Source of the DNA: Raja brachyura | Taxonomy: Eukaryota | Length of the DNA stretch: 64,000 nt | Assembly (NCBI GenBank): GCA_963514005.1 | Contig: OY740817.1 | Span: 6,696,001-6,760,000 of the forward strand | Direction of reading: 5' to 3' | Shown here: piece by piece, positions 1-12,103 of the stretch | How the letters are laid out: each line of letters begins with the position of its first letter | Numbering within the stretch: position 1 is the first letter of the stretch | Translations under genes and position numbers: made by a program | Notes under the pieces: generated by a model | The model's database searches: none | The model's input: the letters and a program-made list of their open reading frames with translations, nothing else | What the model was told of the DNA's origin: nothing

Positions 1-67
1 TTTCTGCATCAGAACTGGACAGCTCTACTGTGGAGTACTGATATATAACATGAACTGTTTTTCTTTC

Positions 68-166
68 AGAGTCTGAAGAAGGGTTTCGGCCCAAAACGTT
101 GCCTATTTCCTTCGCTCCATAGATGCTGCTGCACCCGCTGAGTTTCTCCAGCATTTGTGTGTACCC
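68..166 (+). mobile_element. Short Penelope-derived terminal-repeat element with 14-bp TSD
   Basis: ACTGTTTTTCTTTC duplicated at 54-67 and 167-180. Confidence 0.75.
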
Positions 167-569
167 ACTGTTTTTCTTTCCAATGCCACGACCTGATCTG
201 ATGGCCAGTCTGAAGAGGGTCTCGACCCAAAACGTCGCCCATCTCCTTCGCTCCTTAGATGCTGCTGCACCAGCTGCGTTTCTCCAGCTTTTTGTGTAAC
301 CTACATCTGACCTCCATTTCACAGCTTTTACACACTCCTTTTCCTACCAAATGCATAACCTCATACCCGTCTAGAAAAATAATAATCTGCTTCCCCATTT
401 CACTTTTTGTGAATTTGTGATTTTGTGAATTTGCCTCTTTGGTGTAATTTTTTTTTTTCTTGATCACTATTCATATTTCCAGTTAGATGCAAACATTGAA
501 ATTATGGACTGGATATGCCATAGCATGGCTCATTTATTCTCCTTGGAAACCAAATGTACATGCATATCA

Positions 570-937
570 GTCTGAAGGGTCTCAACCCGAAACTTCAACT
601 CCCCCTCCCATTCCAAACCCAACCTTTCTGTCCTGGGCCTCCTCCATGGCCAGAGTGAGCCCCACCGTAAATTGGAGGAGCAGCACCTCATATTTTGCTT
701 GGGCAGTTTACACCCCAGCAGTATGAACATTGACTTCTCCAATTCCAGGCAGTCCTTGCTTGCTCCCTCTTTCCCATCCCCAGCTCTCCCACAGCCCAAA
801 GCCTCCGCCTCTTCCTTTCTTCTTCCCTTCCTCACCACATCAGTCTGAAGAAGGGTCTCAAACCTAAACATCACCTATTCCTTCGCTCCATAGATGTCGC
901 CGCACCCGCAGAGTTTCTCCAGCATTTTTTGTCTACC
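570..937 (+). mobile_element. Penelope-like element 3' fragment (GIY-YIG C-terminus plus terminal repeat)
   Basis: 594-749 translates FNSPSHSKPNLSVLGLLHGQSEPHRKLEEQHLIFCLGSLHPSSMNIDFSNSR, followed by the CTGAAGAAGGGTCTC...GAGTTTCTCCAGCA terminal repeat. Confidence 0.8.
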
Positions 938-2549
938 ATGCAGTTTTCTAACACCCTTTATGACTTTTTCAGAACTTTGAAGTGGTGAATCACTTTTGAA
1001 ACAATGACTGTTGCAATGTAAGCAACACATCTACCGAGGCACAACAGCTACCAGAAGTCACAAAGGGCAACACTAAATGACCACATAATGTCTTCATTAA
1101 GGAGAGTATCCGCAGGGGACAGCTCACAAAGGAAGGGAGCACGGAATCCAGACTGATAAATGTATCACAAAGCGCTGCAAATGCTGGTTTACAATTAAGA
1201 CAGAGCGCTGGAGTATCTCAGCAGGTGAGGCAGCCTCCCTGGAGAAAGAAGGGACTCGACCCAAAAGGTCACTTTTCCAGAGATGATGGCTAACCCGCTG
1301 AGTTACTCCAGCACGTTGCCTTTTTCAGAGAGATAAATATTGGGCAGGATTTCTCTTCCAGCTGCAAATTTGACATCTGCCCATGGTGCAATAAGGGTTC
1401 AGTTTATCATCTCATTTGATAGATTCTCCTCTACACATGTATATTGCGTCAGGATTGATGTGCCAGTCCAGATGGTGAACTCAAGGATACAGATATACAC
1501 CCTACAATAACTGATGGAATCTTAAATAAGACACTACATCTACCCCAAGAGTAAATGTCAAAACACAGGAGAAAATTTAAGAACATCAAGGAAAGCGAGG
1601 TTGTGCACGGCACTGTTGGGAGTTTGTCATCAACATAGGCATCGTGCCACTTGTTAGATAGTGAATTGAAGGAAAGATTATTGAAGGATAGAAGACCAGG
1701 ATCCTAAGTGAAAGATAACACAAGCATGGGGCATGGTCCAGAGTCCACTTATGTTCTTTCTGGCATCTGCCCAGGTAGTCAGGTCCCAGGTCAGTGTAAC
1801 TCACCTGGAGTGACCAAGGATGCAGAGGGACAACCTCAATGCCTGTACCAGTGTTGCTTGGAGGTGTTTGCAAGAAGATTGCCAGCCAGACGCTGTCTCC
1901 GGCCGCACCTTTATTGGAATTGGATTCAATGGAGTTTCTACCAAGAAGTATGGGACAAACGCAGGCAAATGGGACTAGTGTAGATGGGACAAGTTAGTTG
2001 GTGTTTGGCCGAAGAGCCCGTTTCCACACTCTATGACCCTGTGTTAATTAATTAAAACACTAAAATGTCACTTACACACAGTGCAGCGGAGTTCAAACAG
2101 GAACAGAAAAAGCTGGGAAGCCACCACCATTTCCAGAAAGAGTACACACTTCAGGACAAAGACTCCGATGACTGCAGTCTTTTGCTTTTACTTCATACTC
2201 CAGTTTTTGATTTTGAATTAAAACAGGTTCTACTTACCGTCTGTCCCTTTCCATGCATTGTATTCCGTGTTTAACACAACGCAGGCCCAACAAGTGGTCT
2301 GCCCAGCCCGAGAGCTAGGAACTCTGTGGAACTCTGCAATGCTCCTTCAGAGGAGGTCACCAGCAGAGTGCAGCCACAGCAGCGTTGCAGGCAGCAGAGT
2401 AGAGACCATTGTTGCTGGCTTTAATCTGTCAACAGACTATGGGGCGCATTTAGAGATGTAGCGACCTGCAATTTGAGCAAAGTGCAGGAACCCTGATTTA
2501 AAAAACAAATCTGTCCAAATAGCCAGTTTCAATTCTACTTTCTACGCAG

Positions 2550-2830
2550 TTTAGTTTAATTTAGTTCAGCTTAGAGATACAGTCTATAAACTGGTGCTTT
2601 GGCCCACCAAGTCTATATCGATCACCAATCACACGTTTACACTAGTTCCATGTTATTCCACACCCCACACACTGGGGACAATTTACAGAAGCAAATTAAC
2701 CTACAAACCCACACGTCTTTGAGATGTGGGAGGAAACCGGAAACCTACATGGTCACAGGGAGAACGTGCAAACTCCTCACAGACAGCACACAAAGTCAGG
2801 ATCAAACCCAGGTTTCCGGTGTTGTGAGAC
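2550..2830 (-). mobile_element. HE1-like V-SINE
   Basis: Reverse complement of the 49537 element; boundaries approximate. Confidence 0.75.
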
Positions 2831-3389
2831 CAACCCATCGCATGACACAAGTGGCCCAGCATCTGAGAAGCACATATTTCTAAACAGCCTTTACACAAAG
2901 AAACAAAACTCAACTGCAATCTAATTTCATTGCAGGATCTTTGGTGCGGAAAAGGCTGAGATTCTTCTTGAGGAAACAAAACCAATAGAAAATTAAAGCA
3001 TCATATGTATTTCCACAAGCCAGATGCATGTCAACATTCTGAACCTCTTATAAAAAAGGGGTGTGTGGTAATGGAGAGAATGAAACCGAATATTTCAGCA
3101 AACAAGCTGACCATCTTTGACACTTCAATTATAGTCCTTGGGCTGAAATTCACGGCCCTCATATATTGTCCATGGAGAAAATTCAGATGAATTGCTGTAA
3201 CATGTACATAGACATTAAGTTGCTTCCTTCACCATTCTAAGCATTAGCTAAATAATTAGAATAATTACTTTCCTGAACCCCAGAACTCCTAAAGCTTTCG
3301 TCAAATGTTTTTGAGTCAATTGCCATGTGTTAATCTGAAAAGTACAATTCGCTCCCGAATTTTTTTGTTGGGATCATGACAAAATGTGT

Positions 3390-3670
3390 TTAGAGTCGAG
3401 AAGCACGGCATGGAAACAGGCCCCTTGGCCCACCAAGTCCATGATTAATCACCCATTCACAGTGGTTCTATTATCTCACTCTCTCATCCGCCCTCCCCTA
3501 TACAATTTCCAGGGGCCAGTTAACCCACAAAGCCTCATGTCTTTGCGATGTGGAGGAAACCGGAGATAATAGATAAGGTTTTAGAGTGAATGTGCAAACT
3601 CCACACAGACAGCACCGGAGGTCTGGATTAAATCTCTGGCGTGTGAGGCTGCAGCTCTACCAGCTGCACC
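3390..3670 (-). mobile_element. HE1-like V-SINE
   Basis: Same motifs on the reverse strand. Confidence 0.75.
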
Positions 3671-6049
3671 AAAATATTAAATATTTTGTATTAGAATCTC
3701 CAATCTACCTCGTTGGTCACTTCAACCAAGTTTTATCAAGCTTTTTAAACTAGCGGTAAAAAAACATGACCAAAGTTATGGTCACAAAGTTTTAGAACAT
3801 TGTGAAATAACATGATAGTCAGAGGGAAGCAGTGATTGGCAGCATCAGCATATCACCTTAATAACGCTACTGAGCTCGAGGTTTGAAATCAAAGCGCATT
3901 TGACCTTTTATACCAGTGCAGAACCAAATAGAGCCCCATTTTCCTTCTCGCTCTGCAGTTTTTGTTTGCTGTTGTGCATCTCAAGTCTATCCCCAAAGAC
4001 TTGGTGCAATAATAAAACGATTCCATATTTTTATCATGAAAAGTCCCAAGGACGTGCACAACTTAGCAAGGGATCAATGCTCTCTGTACAAACTAAATGA
4101 GAAGTGATCACAATCTTGGGGAAGAACATTGTTTGGTGGACAGCATAAGAACAAACTGTGCTTGTATACCAATGTTAAATTTTAAGATAATCGTATTACA
4201 GAGTCAGTTCATTTTCATAACATTGTTAAATATAATACATAAACCAGAACATATTCTTCTCCATCTGTACATTTTTAAAGGTCTTTGTATCTGGAAGGTT
4301 GCCTTGCATGTGTATGTGTGTGTGCGCGCACACATGCTCCCACACAACAGTGCTGGTTTCGATGGGGCCGAATCCCTTCCCAGGGAGTGGCCAATCTATA
4401 GGGCAGTCTTGCCAAAGGACTACATTCGAGCACCATAATACTTTGCTATATATTTGCAGAGGTACTGAACTTTCAATGCTTTCTATGCAGAACATGATGT
4501 GCAGTTAACAGATTTTGACACTTTTTGAGGCAGCTGTAATGGGGTAGAAAAATGTTATCACCAGAGTAAGCAACAATCTGCTGGAGGAACTCAATGGGTC
4601 AGGCAGTGTCTTGTGGAGGGAAATAGGCAGGCGATGTTTGGGGTCAGGAACCTTCTTCACATGAATGGAGGTGAGGATAAGGCTCAGCAATTTCTGAAAC
4701 AGATGCTGCCTGACCAGCAGATTTCCCCCAGTACTTTATTATTTGCTTGGGATTCCAGCATCTGCAGTTTCCTTATGACATTACTGGAGTACTCTTGTGC
4801 GTTTGTCGTGTGACCACTTTTCCGGACGGTAGCCTAGAGAATGTTTGCATTAACAAAGGAAATTTTGGTACAATAAAAAAAATCTGACACTTCAAAGGAT
4901 CCAGGTTCTGCAATTTGTTCACTATATCTTCAGGCCAGGGTGTTGGTAATATCAGGACAATCGAGGTAACAAGCTGACGGATATCTTTCCATCCAGATTC
5001 ATTCTTGCATTATCGATAACAGTGCCCTGGTTAACAGCAGGAGCGTTTGGGAGAATGAAGAAATGCTGAAATTTTGAGCAAAATATAAAGTGCTGGAGGA
5101 ATGTAGCAGGTCAGGCAGAATCTGTAGAAGGAATGGGCAGATTACTTTTTGGGTTGGAATTCTTCCTCATCAGTCTGTCCATTCCCTCCACAGATGCTGT
5201 CTGACCCACTGAGTTCCTCCAGCAGTTTGCTGTTGGTAGAAAGTACACACAGGCCAAACATTGTGCTGAGGACAGTTTGAAGTGAGGACAGGTTCAGACA
5301 CCCTTCACAACCAATAGATTCAGAACAGATCCGAGTACAAGAGCTGGATGACTAACAGCACGTGGAGTTTGGTGAAGATGGCTGAAGGTTGAATGATGAC
5401 CAGGGCACAGGTAAACTCCCTTCTCCGCAGGAATCTTCTAACATTCCTTTGGTAGAGCGTCTCCAAAGGCAACAACTCCAACAATGCTTTAACTAAAACT
5501 GCATCGTCCCAATTATAATTTAACCACGAGATTTAAATTCTCAACTTGACCTGAGGTCAATGTGGATCACTTTAGATTCAAATTCTCAACTCGACTGAGC
5601 TAAGTGGATACTTTACATTACAAAGATCATAGCTGTAACCAGTTTAACTTTCGTTTATCTGGTCAGTATTGGTGCAGGTTCTGAAAGCAGGTTATCTCCT
5701 CAAAACTGTTGCAATTCGATCCTTTTCCTCCCCCTTAAACAAGGGAAGGTTAACTTAAAAATGAATAGTTGGAATCAATTCTATCTCAATATTGTTTCAG
5801 TACTGGTGATAAGTGGAGGGACACCCATTTGGGGAGGATTTTATTACAACATGTCCACCTTCTGTCGTCAGCCCTATTAAGATCGCCCAGATGAATTTGC
5901 AGATCACCTGATTAGGGCTCTGCTGTCCACCAACAAGACCACGGGATGAATAATCTGCAAATCCAGACCACCAAAAGAAAATACAATATTGTTTTACGCT
6001 CGGCTGAGAAGCACCATAACATGCAGAGATCATCCATTAAAAACAGGCA

Positions 6050-6921
6050 GTGTCGCTGTTGCACACAGTTTATTCAACAATATGGTAAATAAGAAAGAAA
6101 TCAATTTTAGCAGTCTATACAGTGATCCAAAGTTCATATTTATAAGTAATTATCAATAAATTGCATGATTTACACTTTTCTGGATAGGTTTTTTCTCTTT
6201 TTCTGCTTGCCCATTTTCAAGTTTTACACAGAAGTCTGAAAGAGGAAAAACCAAGGGATGTTTTCAATAAAATCAGCCACACAGTTTTTTTTTCTAAAGG
6301 ATCCTTCGATAGTCTCACCAAAAAAAATAAAATAAAAAGTAAAATGTCACCATTAAACTGAAAAACCCCACAATATTCTACATCCGCAGGACATTTGGCA
6401 GCTGCCAGTTTGTGCAATAGTCTCTCATTCTACCTGTACAAATTATTAATACTTTGAAATTTCTGTTCAAACCCTTGTATAGAAATGAAAAAAATTAAGG
6501 GAAGAAGGGGCTACACAAGAGGTATGGTAATCCACTGTCGTCAAAAAAAACAAATGTATACAGTAACGCAGGCTGTATTTTTTTCTGTGAAATGCTTTGC
6601 ATTAATGGACAATGCTTACAAGATTCTTTGAAGTTAGAAAATAAAAATATGAATTCAACTCTCCTTTTAAAAAAAATGTAGGTATGGGCAATCTGCAATT
6701 GAAATAACAGAATAGGAAAACAAAAAAAAGGACTGGCTGTTGACCAGTTATAACAAAAAATATATTCTTTGTATAATATCATCCCTCAGTTTTTTTTTCC
6801 TCAATAAATTGCAGTTTGTTGAATTCTGGGACAATTGTCCTCCCTAGAAATTTCAAAATTGTTTTTTTTCAGTACAAAAACCCTAAGTAAAGACGAAAAA
6901 TGAGAATTTGCTCCCAAAATG
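6050..6921 (-). other. EP300: EP300 3'UTR
   Basis: AT-rich, repeat-free stretch after the stop codon, ending near an AATAAA. Confidence 0.75.
6069..6074 (-). terminator. Polyadenylation signal AATAAA of EP300
   Basis: TTTATT on + strand; context (ATAAACTGTGTG) resembles the recalled end of vertebrate EP300 3'UTRs. Confidence 0.7.
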
Positions 6922-7608
6922 CTACAAGATGTCTAGTGTATTGTGATTAATGTTTGTGCCTGTTAAGTCCGGGTTGTCAGAACCCAAGCCAAGGTCACTG
7001 GCGGCACCATGTAAGCCTGCCATTCCAGGGTTAGCAAGTTGGGAAAGCATTGCACTCTGGTCCGGAGCTGTAAAATGTCCTTGATCCATTGGATTTGCCT
7101 GGGCAGCTACCATTCCCGGATGTGGGGAGTTAGTCTGTGGCGAGACATGATGTGGAGACGGTTGAGGTTGCATCCTGGGCGACGGGCTGGAATGAGGTGG
7201 TTGGGACTGCGGGCGCGGTGAAGGCACGGGCTGCGGTGACCGTACCTGGTTGCTAAGAGAGGATGGGTGCTGGCCCTGGAGGTGAGGTGACTGGGCCTGG
7301 CCAGGGAGCATGTGCTGCTGCGGACTCATGGAGTTGGACTGGACTGGGGAACCCATCTGCTGCTGTTGCTGCTGCTGGAGAATTCGCTGCTGGAGGGCCT
7401 GGTGGAGACTTGAAGTGCCCTCTGCCCCCATTCCTGCTTGCGGAAGTTGGCTCATCTGTCCCATGGGTTGCCCCACTTGGCCCATGGCTCCCTGTTGCAT
7501 GGGCATATGATGCTGTATCCTCTGTTGCTGCTGCTGTTGCATGGGATAACCAGAACCTTGAGGTTGTTGGAACTGATTAGCCATTCCAGCAGCCATGCCA
7601 GGGCTCGA

Positions 7609-7659
<51 letters not shown>

Positions 7660-7777
7660 CTTCTGCTGCTGTTGCAAGAGCTGTCTTCGCATCAAGAGCT
7701 CCCGGAATTGGGAGTTCATACTGGGATGGCTCATGTTCATGGACTGTCCTTGTGCATTGATCACACCCATGCTTTGT

Positions 7778-7809
<32 letters not shown>

Positions 7810-9222
7810 CTGCTGCGGCATGTTGGGCCGTTGAACTCCAGACTGCATGGGGCTCATGTTCTGCATGCCTGGGTTGCCGTGAATGACTTGTTGTCCCTGA
7901 AGACTCTGCTGAGCCTGCATCCCTGGCTGGGGCTGCATTCCTGGCTGCCCCTGCATGCCTGCCTGGCCCTGGCTTCCTTGATACCTGGCTGCCCTTTGCT
8001 TGATGAAAGCAGCCATAAGCAGGGGATTGGAGCGGAGAATAGCAAGCACTTGCTGTTGTTGCATCGGGGAGCTTGGGGACCGGAGAGTCCGCAGTAAGTC
8101 CTGCAGGGCTCCCTGGGGAATGGCACCTCGATTGGGCTGAGGCACTCCTGACGTAACCTGGCTCATGGGAGGTGGCGGCTGGGGTTGCATGTTCATTTGC
8201 AGGGCTTGCTGGGTCATCTGCATGACTGGTCTCTGCATTCCTTGTGGATGCTGCTGACCCTGGGCCATTCCAGCTTGGGCCCACTGTACCTGCTGCATGC
8301 TGGCTGGTCCCATTCCCTGATCCGCATGAGATTGGACTCTCTGCACCTGCTGTGGGTTCATGCTCATCCCAGCCATCTGATTCATGGGCGCAATGTGGGG
8401 ATTCATTACGCCGGGCCGTTGGAAAGGCTGCTGCTGTGCCATCAAACGCTGAGCATCAGCTGCTCTCTGAATCTGCAAGGCCATTTCCACTGCAGCTGCT
8501 GGTGGTGGAGGCTGGACAGGTGGTGTGGCTTGGGTTGCAGATATTGCCGGGCCAGTTGGCTTGCCTTGAGGTATAGGGGCCTGCGGTTGACTTCTTACCA
8601 TACTATTGTAGGAAGGCATGTTAGACGGTGGCGTAGGTTGGGGCTGGGGCTGCGGCTGCGGCTGGGGTGGAGCTGGGGGTTGGGGTTGAGGAGTCTGTGG
8701 GGTGCTGGGCTGCTGTCCTGTTGGTGTAGTGGGAGCAGTGCCACTCGGGGATGGCAAGCTTTGCTGTCCAACGCCGCCTCGCTGCATGGTGGCCATCCTC
8801 CTGCGGAGCATCTGGGCTTGCTGGAGACGGTGCTGCAGCTGCTGCTGACGGAGCTTGTGCTTGATGTTGAGACAGAACGGCACAGGACACTTGGTCTCTT
8901 GGCAGTGCTTGGCATGATAGCAACAGAGCGCAATAAGCTGCTTGCAGATTGGACAGCCACCATTGGTCTTGCGTTTGCATCCCTTGGTGTGCTGGACCAC
9001 CCGCTTCATCTTCTGGCAGGAAGGCAAAGAACAGTTGGCATTGCGGCACTGGCACGCATGGACCAGTGACTGAATGCAACGCTGTATGCTCAGCCGCCTT
9101 GAATCTCCAGTGCTAGCTTCTGAACCTTGCGAGTTGCTCTCATCATCCAGGCCAAGGCCAAGCTTCTCCATCTTGTGTTCATGTCCTTTAGTGTTAAAGC
9201 AGTTGACACAGAGGTCATAATC
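6922..9222 (-). CDS. EP300: EP300 last coding exon (exon 31 equivalent): end of ZZ, TAZ2, Q-rich region, NCBD/IBiD, stop TAG
   Basis: AG acceptor at 9224-9223. Reads [29 protein letters not shown]...[20 protein letters not shown]...[13 protein letters not shown]...NTLDIL*. The C-terminus matches p300 (TLDIH), not CBP (EKFVEGL). Confidence 0.98.
7609..7674 (-). repeat. Coding CAG/CAA repeat: Q4-K-Q17
   Basis: CTG/TTG triplets on + strand within exon 31. Confidence 0.95.
7774..7815 (-). repeat. Coding CAG/CAA repeat: Q14
   Basis: (CAG)5(CAA)2(CAG)5(CAA)2 on the coding strand. Confidence 0.95.
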
Positions 9223-9969
9223 CTAGGGCAAAGGAAAACAAGATGGTTCAACAACTCTTGCATCTTAATTGGTGTACAAAATCATTTATTCTCAAATGAT
9301 AACCTGAAAACTTCTCTTCATAAACAGCAATCATACTGGATTATGGTTGTGCAAATTCCTATCTTTATTTTATTTTTCTCTTTTATTTCCTATCTATATT
9401 AAAAATGAAAAATTCATAGAAGTACAAATTAGAAATAATTGTTAATATTAATAATATTAAGAATGTATATGACATGTATATCCTTATCTTGATATGTACT
9501 TACTTCTAATAAAAAATATTTAACAAAAATTTTTGTTTGTGCTACTTTGAATTTGGGACGTTTAATGGTGATTTAATTATACTTAGAGCGAGGAATAATT
9601 GGTGTGGGTATTTTGGAGAACTTGCAAAAAAATTACAGAATGGGTGGCAGAATTCGCATGCCTGAAAAGTACAGGAGCAATTAAAATAGTCAAAAGTCTG
9701 ATTAAGGGGTATTAAGGTAAATTATCAAGTGGATCAAGAAAAGGATAAATGGAAACAAGAGACAGATCAACCATTGCTTAAAGAATGGAAGGGGTTTGAA
9801 AGGCTGAATAGCTACAAGTTATTGACACCAAGACAGTTTAAATTGGTAAAAGAACGAGCAATTGTTAGACTCGGTGAAATATTCCAGAAACAATCTAATT
9901 CCTGATCTAAGTAATGGAATGAGCAGCCACAACGCCTGGCTTTACAATCCCAAACATATGTTTTGATTG

Positions 9970-10295
9970 AAGATGCAGGATGGAAACAGGCCCTTTGGTC
10001 CACCGAGTCCACACTGACCATTGATCACCCGTTAACAGTAGTTCCATGTTTTCCCACTTTCTCATCCACTCCCTACACTCCCGGGGCAACTTTACAATCA
10101 ACCAACCAGTCAGTTTTATTCGGGGCCATTAAGTTACAAACCCCCACGTCTTTGGGATGTGGGAGGAAAGCAGAGCACCCAGAGGAAACCCACGTGGTCA
10201 CAGAGAAAGCATGTACATTCTACACAGACAGCACCCGAGGTCAGGATCGCACCTTGGTGCCTGGTGCTGAGAGACAGCAGCTCTACCAGCTGTGC
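9970..10295 (-). mobile_element. HE1-like V-SINE
   Basis: Same motifs on the reverse strand. Confidence 0.8.
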
Positions 10296-10416
10296 TTCAA
10301 TTAATATGTTTTATATAGGAATAAAAAGAGCTTCAGTACATGATTCTATACTCTGTTTGTCTAAATGTTAAACTGGAAAGAGTGAATGGGAATAATAAAC
10401 TAACACTAGTACGCAC

Positions 10417-10698
10417 CTCACAAACAGTGCAGTGCCACCTGGTCTCCACGTGGTGTTTGCACTCATTGCATGTATATACAAAGCGATCCTGGCCCTGGTT
10501 GTGAAGCTCCACCAGCATGCACATAGTTGACCACTTGGCTCGTCTCAGCGATGAGAACTCCATGTGCTTGTCCCTTGCCAGTGTGAGGAAGGCATCGCGT
10601 CCATCCATCAGGTCACAGGCGATGAGAGGGTCAGGATCTAGGATGGTTGGCAATGAGTTTGAGTTGGGACCCGCAATCAGGCGGATCACAAAAAACAC
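10417..10698 (-). CDS. EP300: EP300 exon 30 (HAT C-terminus, ZZ start)
   Basis: AG/GT flanks, 282 nt, VFFVIRL...CDLMDGRDAFLTLARDKH...WHCTVCE. Confidence 0.97.
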
Positions 10699-11199
10699 CT
10701 GCGGAACAAGATCGATTAGACAATTAGAATTCACGCCAAACATCATCATCATACCCAAATAAAAATCTGAAAGTTTTTATTTAATTTGTGCAGGTACAAA
10801 GTACCTAACTGGTTGATGAAGTCACTACTGCTGGAACTAACAGGCATCTTACTGCCTTATCAAAATAATTCTCAAATTAGTACTATAGTATGGCCTGAAA
10901 TGCATTACACCAACTAGTTCCAGTTGTTCATCCCATGCGCAAATTAAGTACTTCCAGACTTCATCCTAATTCTATTTAAATTTTTGTTTTGTTTTTGTTT
11001 GCAGTTAACAGATTTAAACCTTTTGCCCAACCAAATGTCTATTTTTATTTATTTTCAGAGTTTCCTTACAGATTGCAGTCGACATTAGATTTATAACAAA
11101 GCGTGCAGTGGAAGGTTTTACAATCAATGCAATGCATACAGCTTAATTTGTCTGAAAAGTGCAGAGGGTAAGTATATTTCTCTCAGTCAGTTGCCAAAG

Positions 11200-12010
11200 G
11201 AGTTCAAATTGGCAATGGCTCAACTCCTTGAATGGGCCTAATGGTTAAATCTGCAGAGGGAAAGGCTCTCTGCCAACCACATCTGCTGTACAACATCTCC
11301 CTCCAACAATAAAGATCCAGGACAAGACCCAGGAAAATATTTCCACTTTCCTTAGTATGGGAGCCTCCTCCCAGTGGAGGCAGACACTGATGATGAAATT
11401 CTGCATCACGTTCAATGACCATCATAATTTTTGTTGACTGAGGAAAAGTATCTGAATATTGTGACCCCAAAACTGTGGTTGAACTCATGGCCTTCCCTCC
11501 CACCAAGCTTCCGAGTAGCACACCAAAGAGATATCACCACCGTATCCACGCAAAACCCTCCAAATCCGCGAACAGGATAAGTGGACCAATGTCCATCCCT
11601 AAGGCAACATCCTTTGCATTTGAGTCCTTGCTACCTGATGAGCAGGCCAACATTGTTTATATGCCCAACCCCACGACAGTCTATTCTGAGGCCCATCACA
11701 ACAAGAGAAAATGACCAACTTTCTCAAAACCACCTTGGGAAATAAAATGCAACATCTCAACCGAGTCCCGAGAACCTCAGACCTAAAATGTCGGAGCATT
11801 AACAGCCTCAAATCCATTTGCCAGGAGCACAGAAGCCCAAAGAAAATGGTGGAAGGAGCTTACCTCCCAACCTACTCAGCTTCTCAGCAAAGGATCTCCT
11901 CACCTACCTGCGATAGACTTAGCAGGTCTCGCATTGGCTTCATCAGCCACTGCAGAGCTCAAGTGGAAGCAAGTCATTCTTATCCTCAAGGGACTAGCCA
12001 GGGGAAGATA
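11200..12010 (+). mobile_element. Decayed RTE-clade LINE 3' part
   Basis: Degenerate C-terminal zinc-knuckle-like end (TCDRLSRSRIGFISHCRA) and GTGGAAGCAAGTCAT tail; boundaries approximate. Confidence 0.5.
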
Positions 12011-12103
12011 TTTCTTGTTGCACCATGAAAACCAAGCATGTATTCTAATGCAGGGACTATCACTGCTATACATGCCCTCATACAGCAAGCATTGGCCATT
12101 ATA

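Noticed and set aside
54-940. Repeated CTGAAGAAGGG...GAAAC units as a CRISPR-like array
   Set aside because: Irregular spacing, dispersed copies with TSDs, eukaryotic context and no cas genes; explained by Penelope terminal repeats.
5529-5613. ~45-bp imperfect tandem duplication (also a 23-bp one near 62619-62667)
   Set aside because: Ordinary slippage-type duplications with no further structure.
7438-9069. Long + strand ORFs (219 aa, 294 aa) and poly-Cys/poly-Leu/poly-Ala frames
   Set aside because: Antisense or alternate-frame shadows of the CAG-rich EP300 last exon; no independent evidence.
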